Assembly: GCA_011109175.1 (NCBI GenBank)
Contig: RDEW01000017.1
Span: 833,443-897,442 of the forward strand
Direction: 5' to 3'
Origin: Dicyema japonicum
Lineage: Eukaryota > Animalia > Dicyemida
DNA length: 64,000 nt
In this document: piece by piece, positions 35,520-47,749 of the stretch
How positions within the stretch are numbered: position 1 is the first letter of the stretch
Layout of the letters: each line of letters opens with the position of its first letter
Made by a program: the position numbers and the translations under genes
Notes under the pieces: generated by a model
Databases searched by the model: none
Told to the model about the DNA's origin: nothing
The model's input: only the letters and a program-made list of their open reading frames with translations

Positions 35520-36545
35520 TGAAGAGATTGCAGTCAGATCGATTAGTTCAATTTTAATTTGTCTTCAATACGAACGCTATTTCTAATAAATGGAAGAACT
35601 ACATATCATACCTGTCTTAAAACCAGGAAAACCTAACGCCCACCTTCATCTTACTGCCCGATATCCCTGACCTGTACGTCATCGGGTCTCATGGAAAAAC
35701 GTGCTTTGGAAAATTAAACCCCATTTTCCCTTTTGTCACTACCAACATGGATTCAGATTGAAACGTTCTACAACAACACACTTAACTTCCTTGACATAAT
35801 TTATCCCGAAAAACTTCAACGAACCTAGACGGCATCTACGAACAGTATTAGTCTCGTTAGGCTTCCAAAGGGCATTTAATTCAGTCCCGATAATCCTACA
35901 AACGAAAATTGTCTTCAACATCTCCATTCAACCGACTTTAAAACGACGGATAGTCAATTTTCTTACAAAAAAGAGATTATGTGTATAAGCCATTCAAGAT
36001 CGAGATCCCGCCCCCTCCTGAATGTTGTCCTTCAGGGATCGTTCTTTCTATAGCGAATCCGATCGCTTCTATTAATCAGCGATAGAAGCCGTAGGTACAC
36101 GTAAACAAGATGACACTAAATTCTAATCAATTACGTATCGATTTAAAATTTTATTATAAAATTACGTAATAATGTTTAGCCATACTAATTTTAGCTCTAA
36201 AATTTAATCATTTTTAAAAATTTTTAACATAAATATTTAAAATTACAATCTGTCAAGCTAAACTATTTCAAATCAACCCTCTACGATGTGGGCACCACCC
36301 ATATCTACCAACATATGATATACTCTGCCCCTTTTGCAACCTCAACGTGCTGAAAACAAATCACCTATTTCAATGTCATGAATTGGCACAACGTTTCTCC
36401 ACAATGCCGGAACTGACCGATGGGAGCGACCAACATCTGCTGCGTCCTAATTAATAGCTGTTGGCCTCCTACAAGTTAGTGAGGCTGGGGTTACTTATCT
36501 AACTAACTAAATCAACCCTTACCCAGGTAATGTTAGTAATAATAA
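35520..36545 (+). mobile_element. APE-RT LINE, heavily decayed, with 3' tail
   Basis: LKPGKP..PSSYCPISLTC, HGFRLKRSTTTHL in broken frames; tail variant at 36490-36545. Confidence 0.65.
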
Positions 36546-36759
36546 AAGTGATCCAATTTAATAAAAAACACATCTTAAAAAATTTCAAAGGTCACAATTT
36601 TTAGCTCGACTAATATGAACTGTGTTATATTTATTATTTTCTTCGTCCTAGGTCAACAATAGTTATCAGTTCTCCTTTCTTACTGACAACTTGGTACTTT
36701 TTTGTAGAAACTTCGTCATATAATGGGTAGGCCTATTACCCTCATTGGCTTCCCAATCA

Positions 36760-37320
36760 TGACGTAATAAAATTTCGGAAAATTTAGAAAATGAGTCTAT
36801 AAGAACCATAATCTGATATATTGCAAACTAACCCAAGAAAAGTTTTTATTTTGAGAAGAATATCCACGTAAATCAACAAGATCTACAATGTATTGATCTC
36901 TTGGAGCATAAGCAATGATTGGCGTAATTTCAGGTTTATTTGCAAGAATTCGTTTTGACTAAAATTACTATATTTAATACCTGACAATATACACATTTAG
37001 AGACCACAGTACTAACTTTTCTACGTGTAGCACCATAAAAAGTAAGTGATAATGAACTAAATAATTTATCTCGCCCAAAGTGATCAAGATTATGTTGAGC
37101 CTAATATAAATTGGATAATATAAAACTTCAATGTATTTTTTTATGTTCTGTTTCTTCAAGATAAAAGTATTCCAGTTCTATACCATTTTTTATAATGTAG
37201 GGTTTCACATATTTGAAAATGAATTGTTCGGCACATCTTCTGATTTTTGCCCGTTCTTTCCTGTCAGGGTAATTATCGATTGTTTTGTAACAATATTATA
37301 TCAAAACAAAATATGAACAA
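36760..37320 (-). mobile_element. Ginger-like integrase (HHCC + rve start) with tiny introns, truncated
   Basis: AQHNLDHFGRDKLF...CVYCQ; RDQYIVDLVDLRGYSSQNKNFSW|IMVLIDSFSKF; introns 37101-126, 36959-980, 36813-832. Confidence 0.75.
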
Positions 37321-37464
37321 TAAATTCTAAAAAAAGAAATTAAAAATTATATTATAGAATGTTAGAGATAATCCCGATAATTATGATTGATATTCTATCA
37401 TGACTGTCAGTTATACAAATCAATGATTATATATTAGATTTGTAATCTGTGATCGGTAGAAATA

Positions 37465-38027
37465 ATGGTTTGGTTTTATAGTCATTAGTGTAGGGTGACC
37501 TTGCTCAGTCAGAGATTGATGGTGAAGCAGTCTGTTACTTTAGATATTAAAGAGGTCTTTGATCTTTTCGACTTTTGGGATGGACGAGACGGAGAGGTCG
37601 ACGCCTTCAAGGTTGGGGACGTTTTGAGATCTCTGGGGATCAACCCAATGAACGACACGGTTTTGAAACTTGGAGGGACCTCTAAAATGGGTTTTTAGTG
37701 ATCATTATCCACAGGAGAGAAGGCATACAAATTCGAAGACTTCTTGCCGATGTACAAAGCGGCTTGCAAGGAAAAAGATACGGGGACATTCGCTGACTTT
37801 ATTGAAGGATTCAAAACCTTCGATAGGGAAGGACAAGGCTATATTTCAGCTGCAGAACTGAGACACGTACTCATAAATTTGGGGGAAAAACTAAGGGATG
37901 AGGACGTTGACAACATTCTTAAGTGTACTGACGTGGCTATTGATTTGGACGGAAACATAAAATATGAAGGTAAGGAAGTTTGGCATTTGTAGAATTTATC
38001 CGCAAAGTAATGGCAGGGCCACACTAA
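37465..38027 (+). CDS. Myosin essential light chain, 155 aa
   Basis: M|GDLAQSEID|[17 protein letters not shown]...[21 protein letters not shown]...KYE|[11 protein letters not shown]; introns 37468-93, 37522-43, 37691-714, 37970-92; spliced CDS 468 nt. Confidence 0.95.
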
Positions 38028-38299
38028 TTTATCACTAACCAATAATTAATTATCATAAAATTGATAACGATGTTATTGTTCGTAGTTTACTCCCGGTCCC
38101 TTCGTGTGAAATAAACCCGTGGCTAACATGAACGTCACAACCAAAAGCGAACTCTCAAAGAGATCAGAAAAGTGTATTTACCTCTGTGTAGAACACGGAG
38201 GCGAACTGGAATAGAATCAAATATTTTGCTTTGTAGTGGCTACGGGACGAGCTCCAAAATACCGTTTCTAGAGATCTTTAATCATGGTTTGTTGATATT

Positions 38300-39400
38300 A
38301 TTGTATTTATTTAACATCCCAGGACCACGGTAAAACTAAGCTAATTATCATGTGATCCCGATGCTTTCCATTAGTGATTTCATCTTTGACATTATTGCAT
38401 TCATTATATTAATCCAAAGAACATCAAGAAAAATTTCAAGGCTTACTAATTAAATCATCATTTTAAGGCTTACTAAGTAGCGCCTGTGACAGATTATGGC
38501 TCTGTGGTTAACACTGTCTTTGATATGTCGAGACATGACATTCAGGAGACATTTGGAACTAGAAGTTGAGATGAAGTAAGCAATCACCGCATGACCGTCC
38601 TGGGCGAAAAACAAATTGATCATTTCTGAATTAATCTTCTTTTTCCAGCTTATTTGTAATCCTCCAGAAGACAATTTTTCCATGATTTTTAAGATTGACC
38701 GAATTAGGCTGATCGGACGGTAGCTATCAGGATCATTCTTTGGTCTTTTTGTCTTCGCTACCACCCATACAATGGTCTTCTTCCATTCCTGTGAAACACG
38801 ACCAATTTTTATGCATGCGTTGAACATATCTTTGAGAACTTCAAATAAAATTTCTGGGCCTTCTTTGAACATCCTAGCTTTTATGAAATCACTGCCCGGA
38901 GCTTTATTCTTGACAGTTCTTATTACTATCTTCAGTTCTTCTAGAGAGAACTCTAAAAATGCTGTTTTCTCTGATAATGGTTCGTAACAAGTCTTCTCCG
39001 AGATGACATCATCGTCCACATCAAATATCTTTTTAACCTGTGTCTCAAAAACTAGAGGTATTTTTTCTTCAGCATAGTAGGTGCCATCCGGTTTTTTGAG
39101 CACAATCTTGTTTGCGATTGACTCTGGGTTCCTCACTCTTCGGTATACCTTCCAGAAAGAGGGATTGTGTTTGTTTAGCTTCCGTAGTCGAGAGTTCCAC
39201 TTATTCTCATTCCGACTTTTGAATTTTTCAGACAACTGCTTTTGTAGTTCGCCAATTTTGTGAGACAAGGCTAAGCGGTCCTGTGGGTCTACGCATCTCT
39301 CAGTTTAGTTCTTAGATTATTTCTTTTCAACACAATCTTCTTGATGTGCCATGGAATAAGGACAACATTATCGTTTTTTGAGTTTATTTTTCTAGCAAAG
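38300..39400 (-). mobile_element. APE-RT LINE (distinct subfamily), internally deleted, with 3' stem-loop
   Basis: NKAPGSDFI...EWKK...SYRPISL; stem GGATCAC/GTGGTCC at 38322-38358. Confidence 0.8.
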
Positions 39401-39835
39401 TTATTGTTTTCTTCTGTAACCGAAGATTGTTTTCCAATTTTTTGTAAATTGGAAAATTTCGATTCTTGAGCAATAAAAGACAGTAAACAATTTTGAAGAC
39501 GATGGGATTATTATTGCAAATGTAAGCAATCAATAATGAATGAAAATTTGTTTCATGAACTCTCTGAAATTGCGAAATATAAAAGGCTAAAATCAAATTT
39601 GGAAAAATTGCAAAACCCACGGTATTCAATCGAAGAAAGTTATGCAGATTTTGAAAAGATCAGTTCTATTTCTGTAAAGGGAGATATTGAAAATTATTTT
39701 ATTGAAAGTTATGAGAAGAATGATTTAATGGATGTGTTAAAATGAATAACAAATAATAAATCCAATGACATATTGCAACCTTCTAAAATTCCCGCTACTT
39801 CAATTGCAGTTGAACGATCTTTCTCCTTTTTGAAA
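39400..39835 (+). mobile_element. hAT-like transposase C-terminal remnant
   Basis: IPATSIAVERSFS dimerization motif. Confidence 0.6.
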
Positions 39836-39871
39836 AATAATAATATTTGCACTTGAACGATCCTTTTGAAA

Positions 39872-40152
39872 ATAATAAATCAGTTATCGCTCCCCACAGA
39901 CAGAACACACACTTAAAGCAAAGTACAGTTATAATAGCTAATCAAGGAGGATCAAAATGCTCTTCACTTCTTGTTTTCTTTTTCTTGGGTGTATGCCATT
40001 TATAGACGATTCGGTTCCGCAGTGAAGTTCACTGATGACGGCGTCACTCGTCAAGCCAAAGCATATTGATGGAACCTTCAACCAAAATGTGCAGTATCGG
40101 GATTCGAAAAAGCGACCTTCAGGCATCTTGCCCGACAACCGCCACACTGCGC
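39872..40152 (-). mobile_element. SINE family 1, copy c (diverged)
   Basis: Shares TTGACGAGTGACGCCGTCATCAGTG, CACTGCGGAAC, CAAGAAAAAGAAAA and GTGTGTGT blocks with 55509-55822. Confidence 0.75.
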
Positions 40153-40281
40153 CTTTTGAAAAAAAAGATGTCTAAAGATAGAAATATCAATAAAAACAAT
40201 ATCGAAAAATATTTCATGCTAAATTATAATTTCTCTAATAGTAAAACCAAAGAAAATCAATTGTAATTAATTAACACTATG

Positions 40282-43200
40282 TAAGCTGAATTCTTCACAA
40301 ACGCGTTGTAAAGCCTGCATCTAATGTCAATTCCAAGTCCTTTGGCCCTTAGCCATCCTTTCTTCAGCCATTGCCGTATTTGCCAGTGTTTTCTTCCTTA
40401 GTACATCTTCAGCGTCTCATAGTAGAGAGCCGAGCTTATTAGTACGTCTCCATCTTTCATGAGTAATATCGTCTCTTTTGATTTCCGTAATTTCAGTTTT
40501 GTTAACATTTACGCTGAGAAACCATTTTTCTCAAGCTCCGTTGGTGCATTTTCTAGCAGGTGTTGGAGAAAATCCACATCATCCGCATATGATGTCTCTT
40601 CTATGTCGCATTTACGGAGATCGCGGAGTGCAGATTCAAGGTATATGGTAAATAGTAAAGGGGAGAGGGAATCACCCTGGGGTGTCCCAATCGTTGTTTT
40701 GAAACTGCGGGAAGTTGCTCTTTCTGTCCTCACAGATAGTCTTGTGTTCGCAAGTAGTAGTCTGATTATCCTAACCGACGATTCATCCAATATTTGCTCA
40801 AGCACATTCATCAGTTTCTGTCTGTTTATTGAGTCGAAAGCTCTGGAGAGATCTATTCCCAACACGGTCGTTGCGCTCTTGAATCTTTGGTGCGTTGCGC
40901 AGCGCCATCTGTGGCTCCATACAATGTCTGCCGTAGACCTCCCTTCTCGGAACCCACTTTGACTTGCTGGTAGGTATAGATCCGCCACACCCTTTATCCG
41001 GCTTAGTGCAATGTTTGCCAGCACCTTGCGTATCGAATTCAGAAGTATTATCGGGCGGAGATTTTCTACTGGTCTTTTTGATTTGTTCGGTTTTTGTATG
41101 GGTATTAATAATCCATTTCCAAGTCCTAGATCGGTATTAGTTTCAAAGACGTCATTTAGGGTTTTTGCAATTGTGTTGCTAAGTTTTTTTGGCCCATATT
41201 TTAGGAGCTCAGGGCTTATGTTGTCCGGCCCAGCACTCTTGTTGTTTTTCAGTTTATTTATCGCTAATTTCACCTCTTCCACTGTGATTGAGATTTTTAG
41301 CGCCTTTGCTTCTCCTTGGAAAGGGGGAAAGTCATTATTTTCTTTATTCAACAGTGTTTCGAAGTGTCGTGCAATCAATTCTGCTTTTTCTTTTCTGGTT
41401 ACCCACGAATTTTCCATCTTTGTCTTTGATGTGAAGGATGTTTTGTCCTTTCTTTGTCCGCAGCAAAGCCGCATACATCCTTGAATTGTCCTTTAGGCAT
41501 TCCACATCTTTTAATAGAGATGTAATAATTTCCCGTGAGTGTTTTCTGTTCATCTTTTTGATTTTCCATTTTAGTTCCCTTTGTTGGATATTAAGCTCTT
41601 TTTTTTACTCTCGTCTGACGTGTTTGCCGCTTTTAGCCGTAGCTCTCTGCAATGTTTTGCCATATCTGGCACGTTCGGGTGGTGATTTAATTTTAGGGCG
41701 TGATGATTTCGGACTCCAAGGCATATATTGGCCGACTTGGATATTACCTGCTTTGTTTGATCCCACAGAGTTCGTACTGATGATTCCGGTGCGGTTTTCT
41801 CCATAAGAATCTCGATTTGTTCGTGATATTTAGCTCTACAAGTGGGCTCTAACCACAATTTTTCTGTCTGAAAGTATATATTGGGCTTTGTCTCGCCTTC
41901 TTCGCGTTTTCAATGTATTTTTTCCCAGTCAGGTGCTTTTTCCACAGAGTTTTGCAATGACGATCCTGTGGTCGCTGTCAGTTGTTGTCCCCTGGTAGGA
42001 ACGTGCATCATTTAGCAGGTGTTGATCAGACAGATAATGTAGTCGATTTTTTTTTTTTTTTTTTTTTTTGTCCGTTTGTTTTTTTCTTTGTCCGTGCCAC
42101 GTCGTCTTGTGGCAAGCTGAGTGCGTGAAGGCCGTGTTGCACAGGAAAAGGCTATTTGCCTCGCAGAAGTTTACCAGAGAGGCTCCAGATGCATTTCTCC
42201 TTCCGCGCCCGTGTCTTCCAATAGAGGATTCTTCGGGCCCCATTCGCATTCCGGCCTTTGCATTCATATCTCCCGCAACAAAGACAAGGACGAGGAAGTA
42301 TTATTAGAGTATGTGCTTGATAGTTCTGAGTAGAATTCCTCGAGCTCACGGGGTTCTTGATTACTCGTCCACAGTGTGGTGCATAGACATTTATGACAGT
42401 TATATACTCTTGGACGGGCATAGTTCATTTAGTTTGACTTGTAGGACACATATTCGGGCGTTGACTCTCCAAAGCGATGTAATTTTTGAGGTAATCCACG
42501 TGTAGGGCAGGTCCCATGCCGTAGTGCTTGTATTCAGTTGGAAGAGAATCAGTCGGTAATTGCTCCATGTCTCATCGCGTCCATTTTCGATTTTCGTCTC
42601 TTGTAGGAAGCCAATAGATATTTTGTATTTCTCGAGATCGTCACAAAGTACTTTCCTTGTCCAATCTTTCGATATTCCACATGCGTTGAACGTCATTAGC
42701 CTGAATTCTCGATTGTATGATGATTGTTTTTCAGACATTTTTCTTAACCGTTGTACAAAGAAAAAACGAGGCACGTCACCACCTCACCAAAAAACTGTAC
42801 AACGCTGGGACATGGGGAAGTTTTTTCTACGAACTATTGAAACTGGATTCGTTCCATTGAAGGCAACTAAGAAGCTTACTCGGAAAAAACGAGGCACGTC
42901 ACCACCTCACCAAAAACTGTACAAACGCTGGGACATGGGAAGTTTTTTCTACGAACTATTGAAACTGGATTCGTTCCATAGAAGGCAACTAAGAAGCTTA
43001 CTCGGAATGGAGTGGCCACGTAGAATATCAACCACTGGTATCTACAACAAGTGTATGTGTTCTTACATCAGCAAGGATGTGATAGATGCCCGGTGGAGGC
43101 TATTTGGGCATGTACTAAGAATGAACCCGGACCCACCCGCTAACAAAGCGATGGAAGATTACTTTGACAGTTGCGAAAAACCCTTCCGCAGACGACCTAG

Positions 43201-43416
43201 ATCGACACTTCCGAATGCCTTAAACAAAGACTTAAATCGTGTGAGAAAAAATCTAAAGACGGGGGACGACCTGGACGAATTGAGATCACTCGCATTCGAC
43301 AGAGGAAGATGGAAAAGACTAACTATAAATATTGTTTCTTTGAGTGTTGCACATGCGGGGCTATAATCATTATGGCTTTCGTGAAAGTGCCTTAATAATA
43401 ATAAGCTGAATTCTTC
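40282..43416. mobile_element. Near-full-length RTE-A retrotransposon with 5' inversion, TSDs included
   Basis: APE (ATG 42738) and RT run on the minus strand to about 40297; C-terminus and tail run on the plus strand from about 42785 to 43401; TSD TAAGCTGAATTCTTC at 40282-96 and 43402-16. Confidence 0.9.
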
Positions 43417-46400
43417 TCCTCTTTGGGCATTGACCCTCACTGTTCCCATCGAATGCCACTTGAGAAAGCAAATTACTAGACAAGACATCTGTTTCTCTTG
43501 GTTCCTCTTCGACGTTACTTCCGAGTTCAGAGCCTCTTGAGATAGGATGATTTGTCACTCTTGTAACCTCATCATCATAGTTATCAACTTTCAGGCCATG
43601 TCTATGCTATATTATCATGCTCTCTAAAGTTTTTTTGATCGTCGTTGATTAAATATACGCCCTTGTAGAGACATCCACGTTGAGTCTTTTCATATAGGAC
43701 TTGTAGTACTTTGTTACTACTCAATCCCATGTCAAAACAATCGGAATTATTGTCACATTGGCCTTGTGAATTTGTGCTAGTTCTTTTGCAAGAAGGTCGT
43801 ATTTGTAGAGTTTTTCCACTTCAACATGTTTTAGCAAATCTTGGGAAGTGATCCCTATTTCGTTTTTGGATTTATCGTGTACGAAAATATCAGGTTTGTT
43901 ATTTTTAACTTGTATATCCGTTTGTAGTGTTGTATCGACTCGTATTTCAACTTTACTGTTTGACATAATCGATTGGACTGTATGCGTCTTTACCCTCTTG
44001 GTTCTTTTTATTCCAAATTGCCGACATGGTTGCAGGTGTATACATCTTACAACTTCGTTATGTCGCCGCATATACCGGTAAGCATCCTAGTACATCGTGT
44101 AGCCAAGTGATCCACACTCTTTTTGGCCATACCAATTTGCTTTCATCTCTTCAAAGAACAGATTCCAATTTTGTATCATGCAGTACATTGCTTCCGACCT
44201 TGGACTAGTGTTTCCCCAGTAAGCCATTCTGTTGATCCATTGATATCGACATTCGTATTTTCAAAACACCTAAATATAATTGAATGAAGCAATTTCTGAT
44301 TATTCTTCTCCAGATAATTCTTCTTTTATGTTATTCCTTTATATTGTCAGTGTTCAAGTTAGAAATGTCATCCACATTGTATTTGGGTGCAATAAATCTT
44401 GCGATAGTGGTCATATGTGTTTTTCTTGTTTTAAGACTCGCAAGATTCCTGTCCTTCGAAGACACATGGAAGATTTCCTCTCAAGGTCAGGCAAAATTTG
44501 AAATAACATGCATTTACTCTTATCAGAAATTGAGGTTAATCCTTTTCCAAAACTATTCCTGCTAAGATATAATCTTTCTTTGTTGCAGGTTTTAAGTTAG
44601 ATAGTGTATGCCGGAGTTCTAAATCAATAGCTTCAATTCACGAGATTCAATGTCGATAAGTCCAATGTAATAATTATATAGCGAGAGTGCGTATTATTTT
44701 TCGCTTTAAACAAGTTTACAGCGTTTAATTTCGAATTCGCCTGCATCTCTATCCTTTTTTTCACATTTTCAGCAATTTTTTTTATAACTTTGTCTTTCAT
44801 AACCTTACTCCCTTTATCTTCTAACACTCCAAAATAGCGATATCCCTCACATGTTATGTTATGTTGTCCAATTAAGTCGTGTCCGACCCTTGGAGATCTC
44901 ATAAACGAGTTTTTTTAACTCTCCCCGATCCGTTGCAATTTGGAGTAGCCTTGATATAGGCATTCCCGTGACGTCTTCCACCGTGGATAGCAACCGAGTT
45001 TTTGGTCGGCCAGGTCTTCTCTTCCCAGTAATATGGCTCAGCATAATGATTCTTTCCAGTGAATCAGGGGACAACATGCCCAAAGAACACCAATTTGTGT
45101 TTTACGATTTTTCCCTCTAGCGAAATGTCAGTCTCTACCCGTTTGAGTACATCGATGTTTGTTATTTTGGAAGTCCAAGGGATTCTTAGTAACCTCCTCC
45201 AGCACCACAGCTCAAAAGCATTAATTCTTCGCCTATCCGCCTTTTTCAATGTCCTGATTCTGCGCCGTATAGAAAAACCGGGAACACATCCCTTACAACC
45301 ATCCAGATAATTTGTATCTTTGGCGCATTTCAGATTAGTTGCAGACTTTTCACATTTCTTTTAACGTCAACACACCCAGATATTAATCAATATCCTCCAT
45401 CATTTTTAGAATAGTATCTTCATATTCGGCAATTATTTTCAAGTCGTCAATAAAAAGAAAATGGTTAGTCGCACATGTCACAATAGACGGATCACTCTGA
45501 TCAATACATATCTTCGGGAATTTATATTTAATATTCGGATTAGTGGGTCCATTACCAGAGTAAACAACTGAGGAGAGAGTGAGTCTCTTTCAAGATTCCT
45601 CTTCCGAGTTTGATCTTTCCTATTCTTTTTTTGTTAAGGTTCAAAATAACATTCCACTTGCTTATTAAATTCTTGACAAACTTTACAATCCATTCTGGCA
45701 CTCCAGAGCAATCAAGAACACGACACAAAAATTCATGATTAACAGAATCGAAAGCCTTCTTCACATCAATCCATCTTGTGAATAAGCTATTTCCATGTTC
45801 AGCATTAACACACTGATTTATTAAAGCCTGCTCCTTTGCACCTTGGAACTGCCTTCTTGCTCCAAGCTGATTATCGAAGATAAGATTTAACCTTCAACAT
45901 TATCTGTACTATTTGTACTAACACATTTTGTGACAAGTTTGTACAATATAAGCATGCAGCTAATTGGTTGTAAGTCATTCAAAGAACAGCAGTCTTCTAT
46001 TTTCGGAATGAGGTACGTAATCCCTGTATAGAACCATTCTTCTAGGCAATATTCACCACTCACTATCTTGATAATCTCTCCACTCAGATAATTATAAAGA
46101 GAATTAAATTTCTTGACAAAAAATTCACATACTCCCTCACAGCCAGAGCTCTTCCAATTCGGCGTAAAGCGAATAATGTTCTTAACGAACTCAACTGTCA
46201 TATCTAACAGAAACTCCTCTGCTCATGTTATTCGCCTCCCAACAATATTTCTGTGAGAATAATTCTGATCCTTTTCCCATACATCTTTCCAAAATGACAC
46301 GCACTCATCTTCTGTAACTTTAAAATCACTATTATTGACGTCATCGTTGAGCTTCCGATAAAACCTCCTCTTGTTCAGCTCAAAACAAAATTTATTTCGT

Positions 46401-47100
46401 CTAAAGGATTTTCTTGATTCATGAATTGAGATTTTTTTCTCCATGATCTTGATTTTGTCTTCAATTAAGGTAGAGATCCTTTTCAGTTCTCCCTTTTTTG
46501 ATTTCTTGCATCCAAACGAGCATAAAACATCAAGCGTTTTCTCCCTTTCTTCCTTTGACTGCTTCCCAGTAAACCCATAAACTAAGGCGCAATTTTCTTT
46601 GAATTTTGAATTCTCTTCTCCACGTTTCCCTTCCAACAGCTTTTTACTGATTCCTTCTTTGTCAAATTTTCATATGCGCATTGTGCAGCATCAATTATGT
46701 CAGTTATCTCATTCATGTCCGTTGGCGGAAATGATGAGACATAATTTGATATCACTGCATTTAATTTAGTAAGAACATCCTTTTTGCTGGACGATGAGAC
46801 TCCATCCACCCCGAGGGATTCTCCCGAATCTCCTTTTTGCAGAGTCGACAACTATTGAGATCCACTTGATCCTGTCACCTGATCGAATCTCAGTGACTAA
46901 TGCTTTGAAGGACAGCAGATGAGCAGGAACATTTCCCACAGGAGATCGTATGCAAGTTCCATTGGCATCATGTAGTTTTGAAGACACACTTCTCACATCT
47001 AATTGGTTTCTATCTTCAATATTGTCTGTAAGACGGCCCTCAGGATTTGTTTGCAAACTGGTGAAAACAGACATACACACCACCACTAGAACAAATCCAA
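43417..47100 (-). mobile_element. R4/Dong-like REL retrotransposon, decayed and interrupted
   Basis: FELNKRRFYRKL; PNWKSSG; KAFDSVNH; YRYFGVLE; RHNEVVRCIH; KPDIFV; KYDLLAKEL. Confidence 0.85.
44842..45297 (-). mobile_element. RTE family B (BovB-like) 5'-truncated insertion with 10-bp TSD
   Basis: RRINAFELWCWRRLLRIPWT; GKRRPGRPKTR; (ACATA)n tail; TSD ATCCCTCACA/ATCCCTTACA. Confidence 0.85.
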
Positions 47101-47219
47101 TTTTTATAATTTCTCTAATAATACATAGTCTTTGTTAATTGTCCTAAAATTATTTGTCCTATTTTCTTCTTAAGATGTCATAATTGTACTATTTTGTTTT
47201 TAAAATGTCCTATTATTTC

Positions 47220-47545
47220 CCCTAGTGATTAGGGATGAGATTGAGATAACACTTAGGTATTTTTAGAAGGGATTTGAATTCGTCAAAGTTATGGTTAAGA
47301 ATATAATTAGACATGGTTAAGGGATAGGTTTTAGATATTTTTAGGTTTAGGGATAATGGTTACGGTTTAAAGATAGGGTTAAGGTTTATATATAGGATTG
47401 GGTTAATGTTAGGGTTTAAGCGTTAGGATTACAGATTAGAGCTTTAAGGGTTAGGGATTAAAGTTTTAAAGGTTAGGGTTTAAGGGTAGGTGCTTAGGGG
47501 TAGCGTTTAGGGGTTCAGGGATTGGGGTTTAAGCATTATGTTTTA
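47220..47545 (+). repeat. Degenerate TTAGGG-like G-rich tract
   Basis: Many GGTTAGGG/TTAGGGG/TAAGGG variants. Confidence 0.6.
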
Positions 47546-47749
47546 GTATGAGTTATAACGTAGGAAACTTCTTTTTTTTCTTTTTTTTACCAAAAAAATT
47601 TTTTAACAATTAAACAAATGTCAGTTGAGGAAGCCTGCTGGTAGGAAACTAGAATAATTTTTTTTACTAAAAGTTAATTTTTGTTTAGTTTATTTTTTAA
47701 TTTTTAATAGATTTTCCGATACTAAATATATTAAATTTGTTTTTAAATA

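Noticed and set aside
40459-41484. Long plus-strand ORFs opposite RT regions (also 10227-10703 and 21264-21647)
   Set aside because: Antisense shadows of retroelement coding strands.
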